From: Minisyncoccota bacterium
Lineage (GTDB): Bacteria; Patescibacteriota; Microgenomatia; UBA1400; UBA12028
Direction of reading: 5' to 3'
Length of the DNA: 64,000 nucleotides
Assembly (NCBI GenBank): GCA_016211945.1
Contig: JACRHV010000004.1
Span: 2,649-66,648, forward strand
Position 1 is the first letter of the stretch; every line of letters starts with the position of its first letter. The position numbers were made by a program, and so were the translations under genes. Positions 27,883-38,858 of this stretch are shown in pieces. Under the pieces are notes generated by a model. It ran no database searches. It was given only the letters and a program-made list of their open reading frames with translations, and was not told the origin of the DNA.

Positions 27883-29139
27883 CTACTTATTCTGTCTCAT
27901 GAACGCAGGAATATCAAACTCGTCCTCAAATTCATCGATTTTTGGTGTGTTATCGTCTGTTTGTGTTTGCGCGGTATTCGAGTTTTGCTGTGCTTGCTGC
28001 ATCTGAACAGCCTGTTGAACGGTTATCTGTTGCTGTTGTGTTGGGGTTTGGACATTGTGCTGAACGTGATTTGCACCACCTACTGTTCGTTGCGCCTGAG
28101 GTGCCCCAAACCCACCCGCTTTTCTTTGTGCTGGGGCATCGTATGCTCCAAACCTTGGTCTGTATCCACCAAACTTTAATCTATTCTCATCAAATCCCGT
28201 TGCGATGACACTAATCTTCACCGCACTCCCCATTTCTTTATCGATAGTTGCCCCAAAAATAATATTTGCATCGGGATCTGCTGTTTGCTGAATGACCGCA
28301 GAAGCTTCTGATACTTCAGTTAATGTCAAATCCTCACCACCGGTAATGGTGTACAACACACCCTTTGCGCCTTCAATAGAAACTTCCAAAAGTGGAGATG
28401 ATATTGCGGCACGCGCGGCATTAACCGCTCTATTCTCACCGGAAGCAGTACCGACTCCCATCAACGCTGTTCCTGATTCAGACATGACTGTTTTTACATC
28501 TGCAAAGTCAACATTCACCAAACCAGGGACAGTGATCAAGTCAGAGATAGCCTGTACTCCTTGTCCCAACACGTTATCGGCATACTTGAACGCGTCGATA
28601 AGGGTCATTTTACGATCGATGACGTCCAGCAATCTTTGATTGGGAATGACAATGAGAGTGTCTACCTTGTCTTTCAATCCTTCGATACCCTCATCTGCAA
28701 CATTCATGCGTCGAATTCCTTCAAACGCGAATGGTTTTGTGACGACTGCAACGGTCAGGGCTCCAGCTTCTTTCGCGAGTTCTGCGATGATAGGCGAGGC
28801 GCCAGTTCCTGTTCCGCCACCCATACCAGCTGTGATAAACACCATATCTGTGTCGAACACAAGTTCTTTGAGTTTCTCACGTGATTCTTCAGCGGCCTGA
28901 CGACCAACTTCGGGGTCTGCTCCAGAACCTAAACCGCGCGTGTAGTTTGAGCCAATTTGGAACTTTGTATCGGCCTTATTTGTGAGGAGTGCCTGCGCGT
29001 CTGTGTTCACCACAACAAACTCAACTCCCTGAATCAGATTTGCGGCGATCATCGAGTTTATTGCATTGCCGCCACCGCCACCCACTCCAATGACTTTAAT
29101 TTTTGCAAATGTGGTGTTACTTGGCTTGACCAATCCCAT
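27883..29139 (-). CDS. ftsZ: Cell division protein FtsZ
   Basis: [23 protein letters not shown]-terminal DIPAFMR. Confidence 0.98.
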   Translation of the reverse strand: MGLVKPSNTTFAKIKVIGVGGGGGNAINSMIAANLIQGVEFVVVNTDAQALLTNKADTKFQIGSNYTRGLGSGADPEVGRQAAEESREKLKELVFDTDMVFITAGMGGGTGTGASPIIAELAKEAGALTVAVVTKPFAFEGIRRMNVADEGIEGLKDKVDTLIVIPNQRLLDVIDRKMTLIDAFKYADNVLGQGVQAISDLITVPGLVNVDFADVKTVMSESGTALMGVGTASGENRAVNAARAAISSPLLEVSIEGAKGVLYTITGGEDLTLTEVSEASAVIQQTADPDANIIFGATIDKEMGSAVKISVIATGFDENRLKFGGYRPRFGAYDAPAQRKAGGFGAPQAQRTVGGANHVQHNVQTPTQQQQITVQQAVQMQQAQQNSNTAQTQTDDNTPKIDEFEDEFDIPAFMRQNK

Positions 29140-29187
29140 AGTTATCCCGATACTAACGCATTTTATTCGGGTACGCAAGATGGAAGA

Positions 29188-30501
29188 TCACGGCATGACG
29201 GACTTCACCGCCTTCACCAATTTTTCCATCATCTGTTTTAGGGGCAGATGACTGAACAGATCGTACGCAGATGATTCCTTCGTTTCATTCGATTTCATGT
29301 GGTGGAGATGCATACCATAACTTAACAAGCCCGCCGATGTGGCAAATGAAGGATAACTCATCTCTTCTGTCAATCCGCGTAAACCCTGCGGTCGTCCAAC
29401 CCTCGTAGACAACCCCAACGTCTTTTTGCACACCTCAACAATTCCAATGGTTTCCGCACCCCCACCAGTTAATACAACACCCGCCGGAATTAAAGGTAAC
29501 AAGCCTTGTTTTTCGAGTTCTTCACCAACAAGCTTAAACATTTCATGCAACCTTGGCATGATAATGCCGTCAACAACCGTTTTTCTTGATAACGGTCCCA
29601 CTTCTTCCATCAGTCCTAGGTTTGCGGTGTTCAACTCGTCCTCTTTTTTCTTCCGCTCGCGGAACTGTTCGCGAGTTTCTCCCACAACAGGCTGCACATC
29701 AACAGCTGCCGTGTTTGATAAAGACAACTTAATCTTTTCTGCCGATTGCAAACTGATACGGAGACCCAACGCAATATCAGAAGTGATATGTCGTGCACCA
29801 ATAGGCAATACGCCGGTGTATGACAACGATCCGTCAACGAATGCACAGACCGATGTTGAACCGGCACCAATATCCAGCATCACCACCCCAAGTTCCTTCT
29901 CGGTTTCCGAAAGCACTGCATACGATGAAGCCAGACCTGAAAATACAAACCCTTCCGGTTGTACTCCCAATTCATTCACACACTTTGCCATATTTTTTAC
30001 CGCAGTAGACGAGACAGTGATGATGTGTGTCTCACATTCTAGACGAACTCCGCTCATTCCCAACGGATCGCGAATACCATCTTGCGAATCTACCTTATAA
30101 TTTTTTGGAATAACATGGAGAACCTCACGCGCGGTCGGCAAAGATACAGCGCGAGCGGCCTCAATAACACGGCGGATATCGTCTGCACTAATCTCACCCT
30201 GCGGATTAGACACAGCAACAACTCCCTTCGAGTTTTGAGATTCAACATGTGCACCGCCCAAGGAAACGAACGCGGACCGTAACCCGCTTCCTGCCATTCT
30301 TTCTGCCGCATCCACGCTTTCGGTGATCGATTCAATGGCATCATCTAGATCCACAATTTGGCTTTTTCGCATCCCCTTACTTTGTACGGAAGCAACTCCT
30401 ACAACTCGAGGCTCTCTTTCACCATCACTCACCTGTGCGATAAGTGTACAGACTTTCTCTGTCCCGATATCGATTGCCGCTAATGTTCGAGTTTTCGCCA
30501 T
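29188..30501 (-). CDS. ftsA: Cell division protein FtsA
   Basis: IDIGTEKV, DIGAGST, VLTGGGA, amphipathic C-terminus. Confidence 0.97.
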   Translation of the reverse strand: MAKTRTLAAIDIGTEKVCTLIAQVSDGEREPRVVGVASVQSKGMRKSQIVDLDDAIESITESVDAAERMAGSGLRSAFVSLGGAHVESQNSKGVVAVSNPQGEISADDIRRVIEAARAVSLPTAREVLHVIPKNYKVDSQDGIRDPLGMSGVRLECETHIITVSSTAVKNMAKCVNELGVQPEGFVFSGLASSYAVLSETEKELGVVMLDIGAGSTSVCAFVDGSLSYTGVLPIGARHITSDIALGLRISLQSAEKIKLSLSNTAAVDVQPVVGETREQFRERKKKEDELNTANLGLMEEVGPLSRKTVVDGIIMPRLHEMFKLVGEELEKQGLLPLIPAGVVLTGGGAETIGIVEVCKKTLGLSTRVGRPQGLRGLTEEMSYPSFATSAGLLSYGMHLHHMKSNETKESSAYDLFSHLPLKQMMEKLVKAVKSVMP

Positions 30502-30520
30502 GAAGTTCCTTTGCACCACG

Positions 30521-31228
30521 TCATCGTATCACAGGATGCGCAAAACGCAGATCGATAGACGTGGCTTTCTCGATCATTGTAGCTTCATTCAAGAGAAATT
30601 GTAAAGTGCTGAGTTGTTCCTCAATCTCGTCAGAAGATAGATATATCGATATATTTTGTGGCAGTACCACGAGAATCTCACGCGCATCCTTATATGAAAT
30701 AACTCCGTTTTTCAACGGTCCAAATTGCTCCGCCTGAGCAAGCACGCGTCCAGCATGGACCATTGTTTCCGAAAGTGTACTTCCAACTGGATACTCTTGA
30801 TCTATGGAAAGTATCGCAATTCCTTCCGGACGTTCACCGATTTTTTGTGTTATTTTTCCCGCTTCATTCACAAGAATGTACTCATTATTCTTTTTTTCAA
30901 ACAACACAAAGGCATTAGCTGACCGATGAAGTGTTATGAGTAGTGTTGAAGGGTATTTCTTTTTTTCCTCCACAGATTCCAGATTTGATAATCCAGCGAG
31001 TATTTTCTTCTTGTGCTCTTCTGTAGATAACTTCAACATGCTTTTCATCTTCAGACGCGAGAACTCTGCAATCACAGACTCTGGACATTCGTCACCATCC
31101 TCGTATCGACACACAATTGTTCGAACAATGAAAACATCCTTCACAAGATAAAGAGCGAAAAACAAGAAAAAAAGGGACAAAGAACATGCAAACACACGTA
31201 CCAGTATCTTTTTCTGTTTCCTTACCAT
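30521..31228 (-). CDS. ftsQ: FtsQ/DivIB-like cell division protein
   Basis: TM then POTRA-like region (KKYPSTL), C-terminal IDLRF; lies between murG and ftsA. Confidence 0.75.
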   Translation of the reverse strand: MVRKQKKILVRVFACSLSLFFLFFALYLVKDVFIVRTIVCRYEDGDECPESVIAEFSRLKMKSMLKLSTEEHKKKILAGLSNLESVEEKKKYPSTLLITLHRSANAFVLFEKKNNEYILVNEAGKITQKIGERPEGIAILSIDQEYPVGSTLSETMVHAGRVLAQAEQFGPLKNGVISYKDAREILVVLPQNISIYLSSDEIEEQLSTLQFLLNEATMIEKATSIDLRFAHPVIR

Positions 31229-31235
31229 GCCGGAT

Positions 31236-32378
31236 TTATGATATAGATGATTGCCGTGCAACGAGGTTTTGACTGATAGTAACGATTCGTTCTGCTGCAT
31301 CGGTAACAAGTTCCTTATCTATTTTTGCCGCACACATTTGCATGCGTTCACTCTTTCTTAAACACGTAAGTATTGTCTCGTAGAGCTTCTTCGGAATCAA
31401 ATCGTGTTGTTGTATGACAATCGCCGCTCCTTTTTGTTCGAGTATTTGCGCATTTTTCAGTTGTTCGTTCATATGCGCAAACGGCAAAGGAATAAAGATT
31501 GCTGGTACTCGACTAACCATAATCTCATGAACAGTGTTTGCCCCAGATCGTGCGACGACAAGATCGGCATGTTGGAAAATCCACGCGACATCTTCTTCTT
31601 TGATCCACTCGCGAACGATGTACCGTTTTTTTTGCTGAGTCGGTAGTAGATTCCGTTCCTCTACAAGTTCTCGAATGTAATGTGAGCTTGAAGAACCTCC
31701 ACATTGGTGGATAAGTATGACGTGTTTTGTTAAAGAGTGTAGCAACAGTCGAATTGTTTGATTGAGGACCTGCGATCCTTGACTTCCACCAGTGATATAC
31801 ACAATGGGCTTATTCAGCGGAAATTCTTGAAGCCAGTCAGGCTTTTTCCTAAACACTTCATGAAACGACGGGCGCACTGGATTTCCGGTAAGGATAACCT
31901 TTTCCTTTGGGAAATACTTTTTTGAATCTTCAAATGAAATAGCGATGACCGAAGCTAAATGTGCAATAACCTGATTTGCCAAACCTATGGTACGTGTTTG
32001 CTCATGAGTGATGAGTGGGATATGTTGTATTTTACACGCAAATGCTATGGGAACTGCGAGATAACCACCAAATGAGATAAAGACATTCGGCCGTTCCTTC
32101 TTGAGAATGATATAGGCTTGATACAACGACGGGATAAACCGAAATAACTCAAAAAAATTACGGAGAAAATATGTCCGATGAAACTTTGCTGCCTCGATCG
32201 TATAAAAAGGAACTCGTAATTTCTTCATCTCGTCTTTTTCCCGAGATCGCATGCGCTCTTTTTCCTGTGAAAACTCTCTCCCAATAAAAATAATTTTTGT
32301 TTTTGGTGTAGAGGTTCGAAAAGCGTTGATCACCGCCAAGGCTGGCGTGAGGTGTCCACCAGATATAACAACCTTCAT
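31236..32378 (-). CDS. murG: MurG GlcNAc transferase
   Basis: GGHLTPA, FGGY, HEQ, GNPVR, GGSQGS, RSGANT, EQLKNA. Confidence 0.95.
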   Translation of the reverse strand: MKVVISGGHLTPALAVINAFRTSTPKTKIIFIGREFSQEKERMRSREKDEMKKLRVPFYTIEAAKFHRTYFLRNFFELFRFIPSLYQAYIILKKERPNVFISFGGYLAVPIAFACKIQHIPLITHEQTRTIGLANQVIAHLASVIAISFEDSKKYFPKEKVILTGNPVRPSFHEVFRKKPDWLQEFPLNKPIVYITGGSQGSQVLNQTIRLLLHSLTKHVILIHQCGGSSSSHYIRELVEERNLLPTQQKKRYIVREWIKEEDVAWIFQHADLVVARSGANTVHEIMVSRVPAIFIPLPFAHMNEQLKNAQILEQKGAAIVIQQHDLIPKKLYETILTCLRKSERMQMCAAKIDKELVTDAAERIVTISQNLVARQSSIS

Positions 32379-33457
32379 GATGCTCTCCTTCCGATACCCA
32401 TGAGTATACCGCTTGCTGCAAGTACAGACACCAGCGAGGATCCTCCGTAGGATACAAACGGCAATGGAACACCTGTTAATGGGATGAGTGAAACAATCGA
32501 TCCGAGGTTAATAAGAGACTGCGCCCCAATCCATGTTGTTAATCCAACCGTTAATAATCGCGTGTATGGGTCGGATGTTTTTTGTGCAATTGAAAACCCC
32601 TGCCAGCACAAACTCATATATAAAAATACAATAACAGTGGAACCAAAAAAGCCAATTTCTTCTGCGGCGATTGCAAAGATAGAGTCGGTACTCGCCTCCG
32701 GAATGTACTGATACTTCTGCTTTGATTGACCGATGCCTTGGCCAAACCAGCCTCCAGATCCCAAAGCTATGGTAATCTGCCGAATGTGGTAGGATGCTCC
32801 CAACGGATCTTCTTCAGATCGCAAAAATGTCTTGAGCCGCTCCATTCGATAGGGTGAGATTAAAATAAGTAGCACGACACCGAGAAAACCGAGTCCAACA
32901 ACACTCACAGTATCCTTCCATGCTCCTCCGCTCACAACGTATAACACAAACCCTATTGTCCCCAGTACTAAAGCACTCCCTAAATCTGGTTGCAGCATGA
33001 CCAAACCAAAAATGCTCCCCATAAAAAAGAGAAACGGGAGTAAACGTTGATGCCGGGACAACCATTGTGAAAAGTAGAGAACCAAACCCATCTTCATGAC
33101 CTCAGAAGGTTGGAATCGAACCGGACCTACAATGATCCACCGCCTTGCTCCCTGTACTTTTGACCCAATCCCAGGAATTAATACCGCAATCAGGCAGAGA
33201 AATGAAAAGTAAAACGCGAGTATCCCAAAACTTCGCAGTACTTTCATGGGTATATATGAACTGGCAAACATCACGATGAGTCCAATGCAAGCCCAAACTA
33301 TTTGTTGCCGCACAAAATAATATTTATCGTTGAACTGTTGGTACGCTTCCGCAACTGACGCGTCAAAAACAAAAAGTACTCCGCAGATCAATAACAAAAG
33401 AACGAGGAAAAAAATAATTCTATCTGATCGGCGAAAAACGACGTGAAAAAGATTCAT
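32375..33457 (-). CDS. ftsW: SEDS protein FtsW
   Basis: GARRWI, FQPSE, PYRMERL, PEASTDSIF, LPFVSYGGSS; inside the dcw cluster. Confidence 0.95.
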   Translation of the reverse strand: MNLFHVVFRRSDRIIFFLVLLLLICGVLFVFDASVAEAYQQFNDKYYFVRQQIVWACIGLIVMFASSYIPMKVLRSFGILAFYFSFLCLIAVLIPGIGSKVQGARRWIIVGPVRFQPSEVMKMGLVLYFSQWLSRHQRLLPFLFFMGSIFGLVMLQPDLGSALVLGTIGFVLYVVSGGAWKDTVSVVGLGFLGVVLLILISPYRMERLKTFLRSEEDPLGASYHIRQITIALGSGGWFGQGIGQSKQKYQYIPEASTDSIFAIAAEEIGFFGSTVIVFLYMSLCWQGFSIAQKTSDPYTRLLTVGLTTWIGAQSLINLGSIVSLIPLTGVPLPFVSYGGSSLVSVLAASGILMGIGRRAS

Positions 33458-33460
33458 GGA

Positions 33461-34492
33461 TTAAATAACAGTAAGCCATAATCCAAAAAGAGTGAGCACA
33501 ATTCCTGTGAGAAGTGCGCGTTGCACAATTTTTGGTTCTGGCCAACCCCTATACTGTAACCAAAGGTGAAAAGGAGCGACAGGAAAAACTTTTTTTCCTC
33601 GCACTTTTTTGGAAAGTAACTGAACAAGACTCGAGCCAATCTCCGCAACAAATACGCCACCAATAATAACAAGTGCCATGACCTTTCCCAACAACAAACC
33701 AACGACCGCAAGTGTCGCACCAAATGACAGTGCTCCAACATCCCCCATCATGATACGCGCGGGAAAAATATTAAAATACAAAAAAGCAATGAGTGAGCCA
33801 ATCCACAGTGCAAGAAAAATAGACAATGTTGTATCAAGAATTGTGGCAGAGAGCACCCACAGGCCAAAAAGACAGATGAGAAGAACGCTTGCCGCTAATC
33901 CATCCAGCCCATCGGTCACATTCACAGCATTTGCAAATGCAACGATAGTAAACATGGAAAATGGAATAAACCACAAGCCCATGTGAACAACCCCAAGAAA
34001 AGGCACGTTGACTATGGATATCCCCAGTGATGAATACATCATCCAAGAAACGATCAGCGCTAACACGCACTGCAACGCAAGTTTCTGCCACATGTGCAAT
34101 CCGAAAAAACCAGACTTTTCAAACCCAAAAAACTTCTTAATATCATCATACAGACCAAGAATTCCAAATGACAAAAATGTAAAAAAGATAACGTTCAGCT
34201 CCTGGGATAATGGATACACGTTTGTCATTGTTACACCAAGTACGCGAAGCATTTGCGATATAGATGCAAATAGTATTGACACAACAAGCATAATAAGAAG
34301 TCCCGCCCCAATTGGCGTACCAACCTTATGTTTATGAAATGAGTCAAAAATAGGAGTCAGTTTGCCGAACATGTCCTGTGTTTGTTTATTTTTGCGTTGA
34401 AACTTTAACGTATACAGGAGATTAATGAATGGAACAATACACACGCTTGTCACGAGAAATGAAAAAAGTAAAAGACCTAATGCGAGTCCCAT
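33461..34492 (-). CDS. mraY: Phospho-N-acetylmuramoyl-pentapeptide transferase
   Basis: KVGTP, GLYDD, NAVNVTDGLDGLA, MGDVG, APFH. Confidence 0.95.
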   Translation of the reverse strand: MGLALGLLLFSFLVTSVCIVPFINLLYTLKFQRKNKQTQDMFGKLTPIFDSFHKHKVGTPIGAGLLIMLVVSILFASISQMLRVLGVTMTNVYPLSQELNVIFFTFLSFGILGLYDDIKKFFGFEKSGFFGLHMWQKLALQCVLALIVSWMMYSSLGISIVNVPFLGVVHMGLWFIPFSMFTIVAFANAVNVTDGLDGLAASVLLICLFGLWVLSATILDTTLSIFLALWIGSLIAFLYFNIFPARIMMGDVGALSFGATLAVVGLLLGKVMALVIIGGVFVAEIGSSLVQLLSKKVRGKKVFPVAPFHLWLQYRGWPEPKIVQRALLTGIVLTLFGLWLTVI

Positions 34493-34513
34493 AGTATTTC
34501 CTTCATTATACAT

Positions 34514-35833
34514 TTATGCACGAACGATCTCTGCTCCCAAACTCCGCAGGCGTGAGTCAAACTGTTCGTAGCCTCGATCAATATGGTCAATAGTATGGAG
34601 CGTTGTGATTCCAGGCGCAATCAATGCAGCCAGTACAAGCGTTGCTCCGGCTCGAATATCAGGAACATCAAAGGTTCCTGCCCTTAGGGGGGTTTTCCCC
34701 TCTACTTCAACGGCGTGAAATGCGTGATGGACATGTTCGTCGTATGGAAATTGGTAAAAATCTGCCGCATGCGTAACCTTCGGCGAAAACAGTCGCATCT
34801 TTGCCCCCATCTTCACAAGATCAGGAACATATTGAAATCGAGTTTCTGAAACAGTTTCATGAATAACACTCTTTCCTTCTACTTGCGTAAGGAGCACTGC
34901 CCACAATGGCTGCCAATCTGTCATAAACCCTGGATGCGGAGCTGTTTCAACATCAGTCGCATGTAATTTCCCTTTTCCAAAAAAGCGAATTCCGTACGGA
35001 CCAATTTCATATCCCGCCCCAATTTCATCGAGTTTTTGTAGAAATGCATGGAGATGCTCCTGCTTTGCATTTTCTACGATAATATCTCCGTGTGTTGCAA
35101 TCGCGGCACAGGCATACGACACCGCCTCGTTTCGATCTGGCATGATTTTGTGAATTGCAGAGTGGAGCTCCTTCACACCGTCGATCTCAATAACCCGATT
35201 TTGTTTTCGTTGAATACGCGCACCCATCGCAACAAGAAATTCTATAAGGTCATCAATTTCAGGTTCAAGTCCTGCATTCTCTAAGATGGTTTTCCCGTCT
35301 GCGACAGAAGCGGCGATGAGCATTGATTCCGTTCCGGTATGCGTAACTTTTTCAAACTTGTATCGAGTTCCATGCAATCTTCCTTCAACCCAAGCTTCGA
35401 GTGTACTTCCGTGTATCTTTATTTTTGCTCCGAGCGCTTGCAAACCGAGAAGATGACGATCTATCGGCCGTTTTCCTATGGCGTCACCTCCCGGAAGTGG
35501 AACAACTGCATGCCCAAATCTAGACAATAATGGGCCGATAAACATCGTTGATGCTCGAGAAAGTTCTCCATATTTTTCTGGAATACTATCACTCGACATG
35601 TTTTTGGCTGAAATGAGCAGTGTTCGCTCGCCAACATTTCGAACGGTAGCGCCAACATCCTCAATCATCTGCCGAGTAATCTCAACGTCCCGAATATGTG
35701 AAAAATTAAGCAGTCGGGACTCACCATTCGTGAGCAAGGAGGCAATCATCAACTTGAAACTAGCATTTTTTGCACCACCCAAACGCACAGAACCGTATAA
35801 TCCCTTTCCGCCTTTAATAATGAATGAACTCAT
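34514..35833 (-). CDS. murA: UDP-GlcNAc 1-carboxyvinyltransferase with Asp at the catalytic Cys position
   Basis: GAKNA, PGGDAIGKRPID, PHPGFMTD, DIRAGA, IDRGYE. Confidence 0.95.
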   Translation of the reverse strand: MSSFIIKGGKGLYGSVRLGGAKNASFKLMIASLLTNGESRLLNFSHIRDVEITRQMIEDVGATVRNVGERTLLISAKNMSSDSIPEKYGELSRASTMFIGPLLSRFGHAVVPLPGGDAIGKRPIDRHLLGLQALGAKIKIHGSTLEAWVEGRLHGTRYKFEKVTHTGTESMLIAASVADGKTILENAGLEPEIDDLIEFLVAMGARIQRKQNRVIEIDGVKELHSAIHKIMPDRNEAVSYACAAIATHGDIIVENAKQEHLHAFLQKLDEIGAGYEIGPYGIRFFGKGKLHATDVETAPHPGFMTDWQPLWAVLLTQVEGKSVIHETVSETRFQYVPDLVKMGAKMRLFSPKVTHAADFYQFPYDEHVHHAFHAVEVEGKTPLRAGTFDVPDIRAGATLVLAALIAPGITTLHTIDHIDRGYEQFDSRLRSLGAEIVRA

Positions 35834-35834
35834 G

Positions 35835-36767
35835 TCAGTCCTTTAAGAGAAAAACCTCGCGATCCAATTCTACCCCATATTTCTGCTGAACGACATCCTG
35901 AACATGTTTGGCAACTGCAAGAATTTCATGTGTTGTAGCACCACCAAGGTTCAAAATAAAGTTCGCGTGTTTGTCGCTCACCACTGCATCGCCGATACGG
36001 AAACCCTTAAGGCCTGCGAGATCAATAAGTTTTCCAGCGTGTGCAATACTACCATCGGCAAATATTCCATTTTTAAACATGCAACCCGAACTTGGGATGC
36101 CTAATGGCTGTGTTGTCGCACGTTTTACCGTTGCTTCTTTGGCGCGACGTTCCAACTCATCCTTCTTTCCCTTTTTCAGTGTAAAGTGTACGCGTAAAAT
36201 AACGTCATGCGTCTCGTGAAATAGTGAATAATCATACGCAAAATGTATTTGAGAGTGTACGACACTTTTTTTCTTCCCTGTTTTTTTTTCTACTATTTCT
36301 ACCTCTGTCACATGTTCACCAATGAGTTGATTCATATAGTGCGAGTTGTTATACACCGCCCCACCGACAGATCCCGGTACTCCAAGAAAATATTCAAGCC
36401 CTTCAAGCTCCTCGTTTATCGCTCTACGCACAAGGAGATTTGTTGGTACACCACTGTCTGCAATAATCACTGAAAACTCTTTGTCATGACGAACTTGAAT
36501 AGTAGTCGATACATTTTTAATGACAAGCCCGCGAAGCCCCTCGTCTGGCACAAGAACATTACTTGCGCCACCCAAAATGGTTAGCGGGACATTCTGTTTT
36601 ATGCACCACATAGAGAGTTTCTCAAGATCATTCGAATTTTTTACAGATACAAAAACCTCGGCACATCCACCACTTTTCATATAAGTATGATGCACAAGTG
36701 ATTCCTCTGAAAAAAATTGGAGATTAGGAAAAGCTCTGGATACTGATTGAAACAGTGCGTCGGACAT
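35835..36767 (-). CDS. murB: UDP-N-acetylmuramate dehydrogenase
   Basis: GGASNVL, PGSVGGAV, PSSGCMFKN, SDKHANF. Confidence 0.95.
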   Translation of the reverse strand: MSDALFQSVSRAFPNLQFFSEESLVHHTYMKSGGCAEVFVSVKNSNDLEKLSMWCIKQNVPLTILGGASNVLVPDEGLRGLVIKNVSTTIQVRHDKEFSVIIADSGVPTNLLVRRAINEELEGLEYFLGVPGSVGGAVYNNSHYMNQLIGEHVTEVEIVEKKTGKKKSVVHSQIHFAYDYSLFHETHDVILRVHFTLKKGKKDELERRAKEATVKRATTQPLGIPSSGCMFKNGIFADGSIAHAGKLIDLAGLKGFRIGDAVVSDKHANFILNLGGATTHEILAVAKHVQDVVQQKYGVELDREVFLLKD

Positions 36768-36777
36768 TCGTTGTATT

Positions 36778-38169
36778 TTAACACAGGTCGTGGATGTGAT
36801 AGAGATCTCCGGCACCCAATGTAATCACGACATCTCGAGGTTTAACCAGCTCATGTATGACCCGTACGGCCTCCTGAATTGTGTGCACATTCTTCGCTTT
36901 TTTGCCTATTTTCTGGACAAGGTGATCGGCGTGTACAGTTGCATCATCTTTTTCCCGTGCAGACGCAAAAATATCGAGAAGGAAAACAATGTCAGCGTGT
37001 GAAAAGCTTTGTGAAAACTCGTTGAGTAACGCTTTGGTTCGACTATATGTATGTGGCTGAAATACTGCGACTATTCTTGAGTCAGGGTACCACTCTCGCA
37101 ATGCGCCCAACGTTGCTTGAATCTCTGATGGATGGTGAGCATAGTCGTCATAATACTGAACGTCTTTTTTCATTCCTTTATTTTCAAAACGCCGCATAGT
37201 TCCAGTAAACTTCTCAAGTGCCTCAATTCCTCTTTCTATAGAAACCCCACATGTTGAAGCCGCAGCTAACGCGTATGCCGCGTTCATTTGATTAAAGATA
37301 CCAGGAAGATGTAGGCGTATGTTTTGCGTCTGCCCACGCACGGTTATATCAAGACTCGTCATGTCCTTTTTTGTACGATACTCGCCCAGTTGAATGTCAG
37401 CTCGTTTTTCTCTTGAAACGATGACTCGATGAAAGGGTGGGGGCGATAATTCGGTCAGTCGCACAAGTTCTGCATCTTCTCCGTTGATGATCAGTGTGCC
37501 TGTTGGTGGAAGATGTGAAAAGAATTGGAGATATGCTTTTTTTGTATCGTCAAACGACGAATACACATCGGGATGATCGAACGCGATATTGGTACATACG
37601 ATACATTCGGGAAATTGTGAAAGAAAACGAGGAGTACGATCTTTTGCTGGATCTTTCACGTACTCGTCGGCTTCTGCAACAAAAAAGTCACTTGCAGGCA
37701 CATAACGGCCGGTTGCGTTTAGATTAAAAACGTTTCCCACACCAATGGAAAAGCTCGGGTGTAGACCTGCGTACTCGAGAATCCATGCGATCATCGCGGA
37801 TACCGTCGATTTTCCACCAACACCGCACACCGATATACCTCGCTTTCCTTTCATCAACTCTCCCAACGCGTCGGCGTGGGAAAGGACCGGTATACCACGC
37901 TGTATCGCTGTCAGAACATCGGCGTTTTGACTCCCCTGATGTGCGCCGGAGTAAATCACAAGATCAGTTTTCACACCTATGTTCTTTGGAGAAAATTCGT
38001 TATACATGTTTACAGAAAGTTTCTTGAGTATATTTGCCGTTACAAAATTCTCTACAAGATCGCTTCCTGTTATTTCTTTTCCCAAATCGGTTAAACACTG
38101 CGCCAATGATGTCATTGCAACGCCTTTTATTCCTACTAGATGAATTGAATGATGTGATTCAAATGGCAT
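36778..38169 (-). CDS. murC: UDP-MurNAc--L-alanine ligase
   Basis: GIKGVAM, GKST, EADE, DHPD, RRFE, DDYAHHP, FQPHTYSRT, GAGD. Confidence 0.93.
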   Translation of the reverse strand: MPFESHHSIHLVGIKGVAMTSLAQCLTDLGKEITGSDLVENFVTANILKKLSVNMYNEFSPKNIGVKTDLVIYSGAHQGSQNADVLTAIQRGIPVLSHADALGELMKGKRGISVCGVGGKSTVSAMIAWILEYAGLHPSFSIGVGNVFNLNATGRYVPASDFFVAEADEYVKDPAKDRTPRFLSQFPECIVCTNIAFDHPDVYSSFDDTKKAYLQFFSHLPPTGTLIINGEDAELVRLTELSPPPFHRVIVSREKRADIQLGEYRTKKDMTSLDITVRGQTQNIRLHLPGIFNQMNAAYALAAASTCGVSIERGIEALEKFTGTMRRFENKGMKKDVQYYDDYAHHPSEIQATLGALREWYPDSRIVAVFQPHTYSRTKALLNEFSQSFSHADIVFLLDIFASAREKDDATVHADHLVQKIGKKAKNVHTIQEAVRVIHELVKPRDVVITLGAGDLYHIHDLC

Positions 38170-38171
38170 AG

Positions 38172-38855
38172 CTACTCTTCCATCCATGCTACCACGCCAA
38201 AGTGTGGCGCGCCTGTCGTCATCTTACGTTCAAGCTTCCATCTCCGATATGAGTAATATGATTCGGTTTCATGGTAGGTACACCCTCCATCACTGTACAG
38301 GTGATCCTCTGGTATACCGAATGTTCTGCATTGGTCGAGCACGGCATCTTGCAACGAAACAGAGTACTGTTCTTTTTTTTCGTGTACATAGGGTTTCCAT
38401 TCTGGAAAATGTGACTGTATTGGCAAACTTTGCATTGTGTTGCAGCACTGCTGTATAGATGGCCCTATCCACACAAAGATATCCTGAGGATCAGCCATTG
38501 TTGTCGAACACAGATCTGCCAGCGTCAACGGAACAATACTCTGAAGTAGCGATCTCCATCCTCCATGAATCACTGTCAGGCCCTTGCCTTTAATAGAACA
38601 TACTATCGGTAAACAGTCTGCCACTCGAATACCTAAAGCATGCGCCTGATCTGTGGTAATGAGTGCATCACACTGGAACATTTCATGTTTCGTAACAACC
38701 CTTCTCTCAGATCCATGCATGAGTCGAGGAACAATGAGCGTTTTCCCATAGTCCTTCATCTTTTGGTGAAGCACTGTCTCAGATGAAATATCGCCATCTG
38801 CTCTTCCCGTCAACACAATCACACACCCGGGAATGATGTGTTGGAGCTCAACCAT
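38172..38855 (-). CDS. pgeF: PgeF/YfiH (laccase-domain) peptidoglycan editing factor
   Basis: DALIT, ADCLPI, HGGWR, IGPSI, YSYRR. Confidence 0.88.
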   Translation of the reverse strand: MVELQHIIPGCVIVLTGRADGDISSETVLHQKMKDYGKTLIVPRLMHGSERRVVTKHEMFQCDALITTDQAHALGIRVADCLPIVCSIKGKGLTVIHGGWRSLLQSIVPLTLADLCSTTMADPQDIFVWIGPSIQQCCNTMQSLPIQSHFPEWKPYVHEKKEQYSVSLQDAVLDQCRTFGIPEDHLYSDGGCTYHETESYYSYRRWKLERKMTTGAPHFGVVAWMEE

Positions 38856-38858
38856 GCG

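Noticed and set aside
27950-28110. Gln-rich low-complexity stretch as a possible repeat element
   Set aside because: It is the normal disordered C-terminal linker of FtsZ
29426-30100. Long antisense ORFs (e.g. 224 aa opposite ftsA, 207 aa opposite glyQS, 194 aa at 56004)
   Set aside because: Shadow frames of conserved genes with no motifs or start signals
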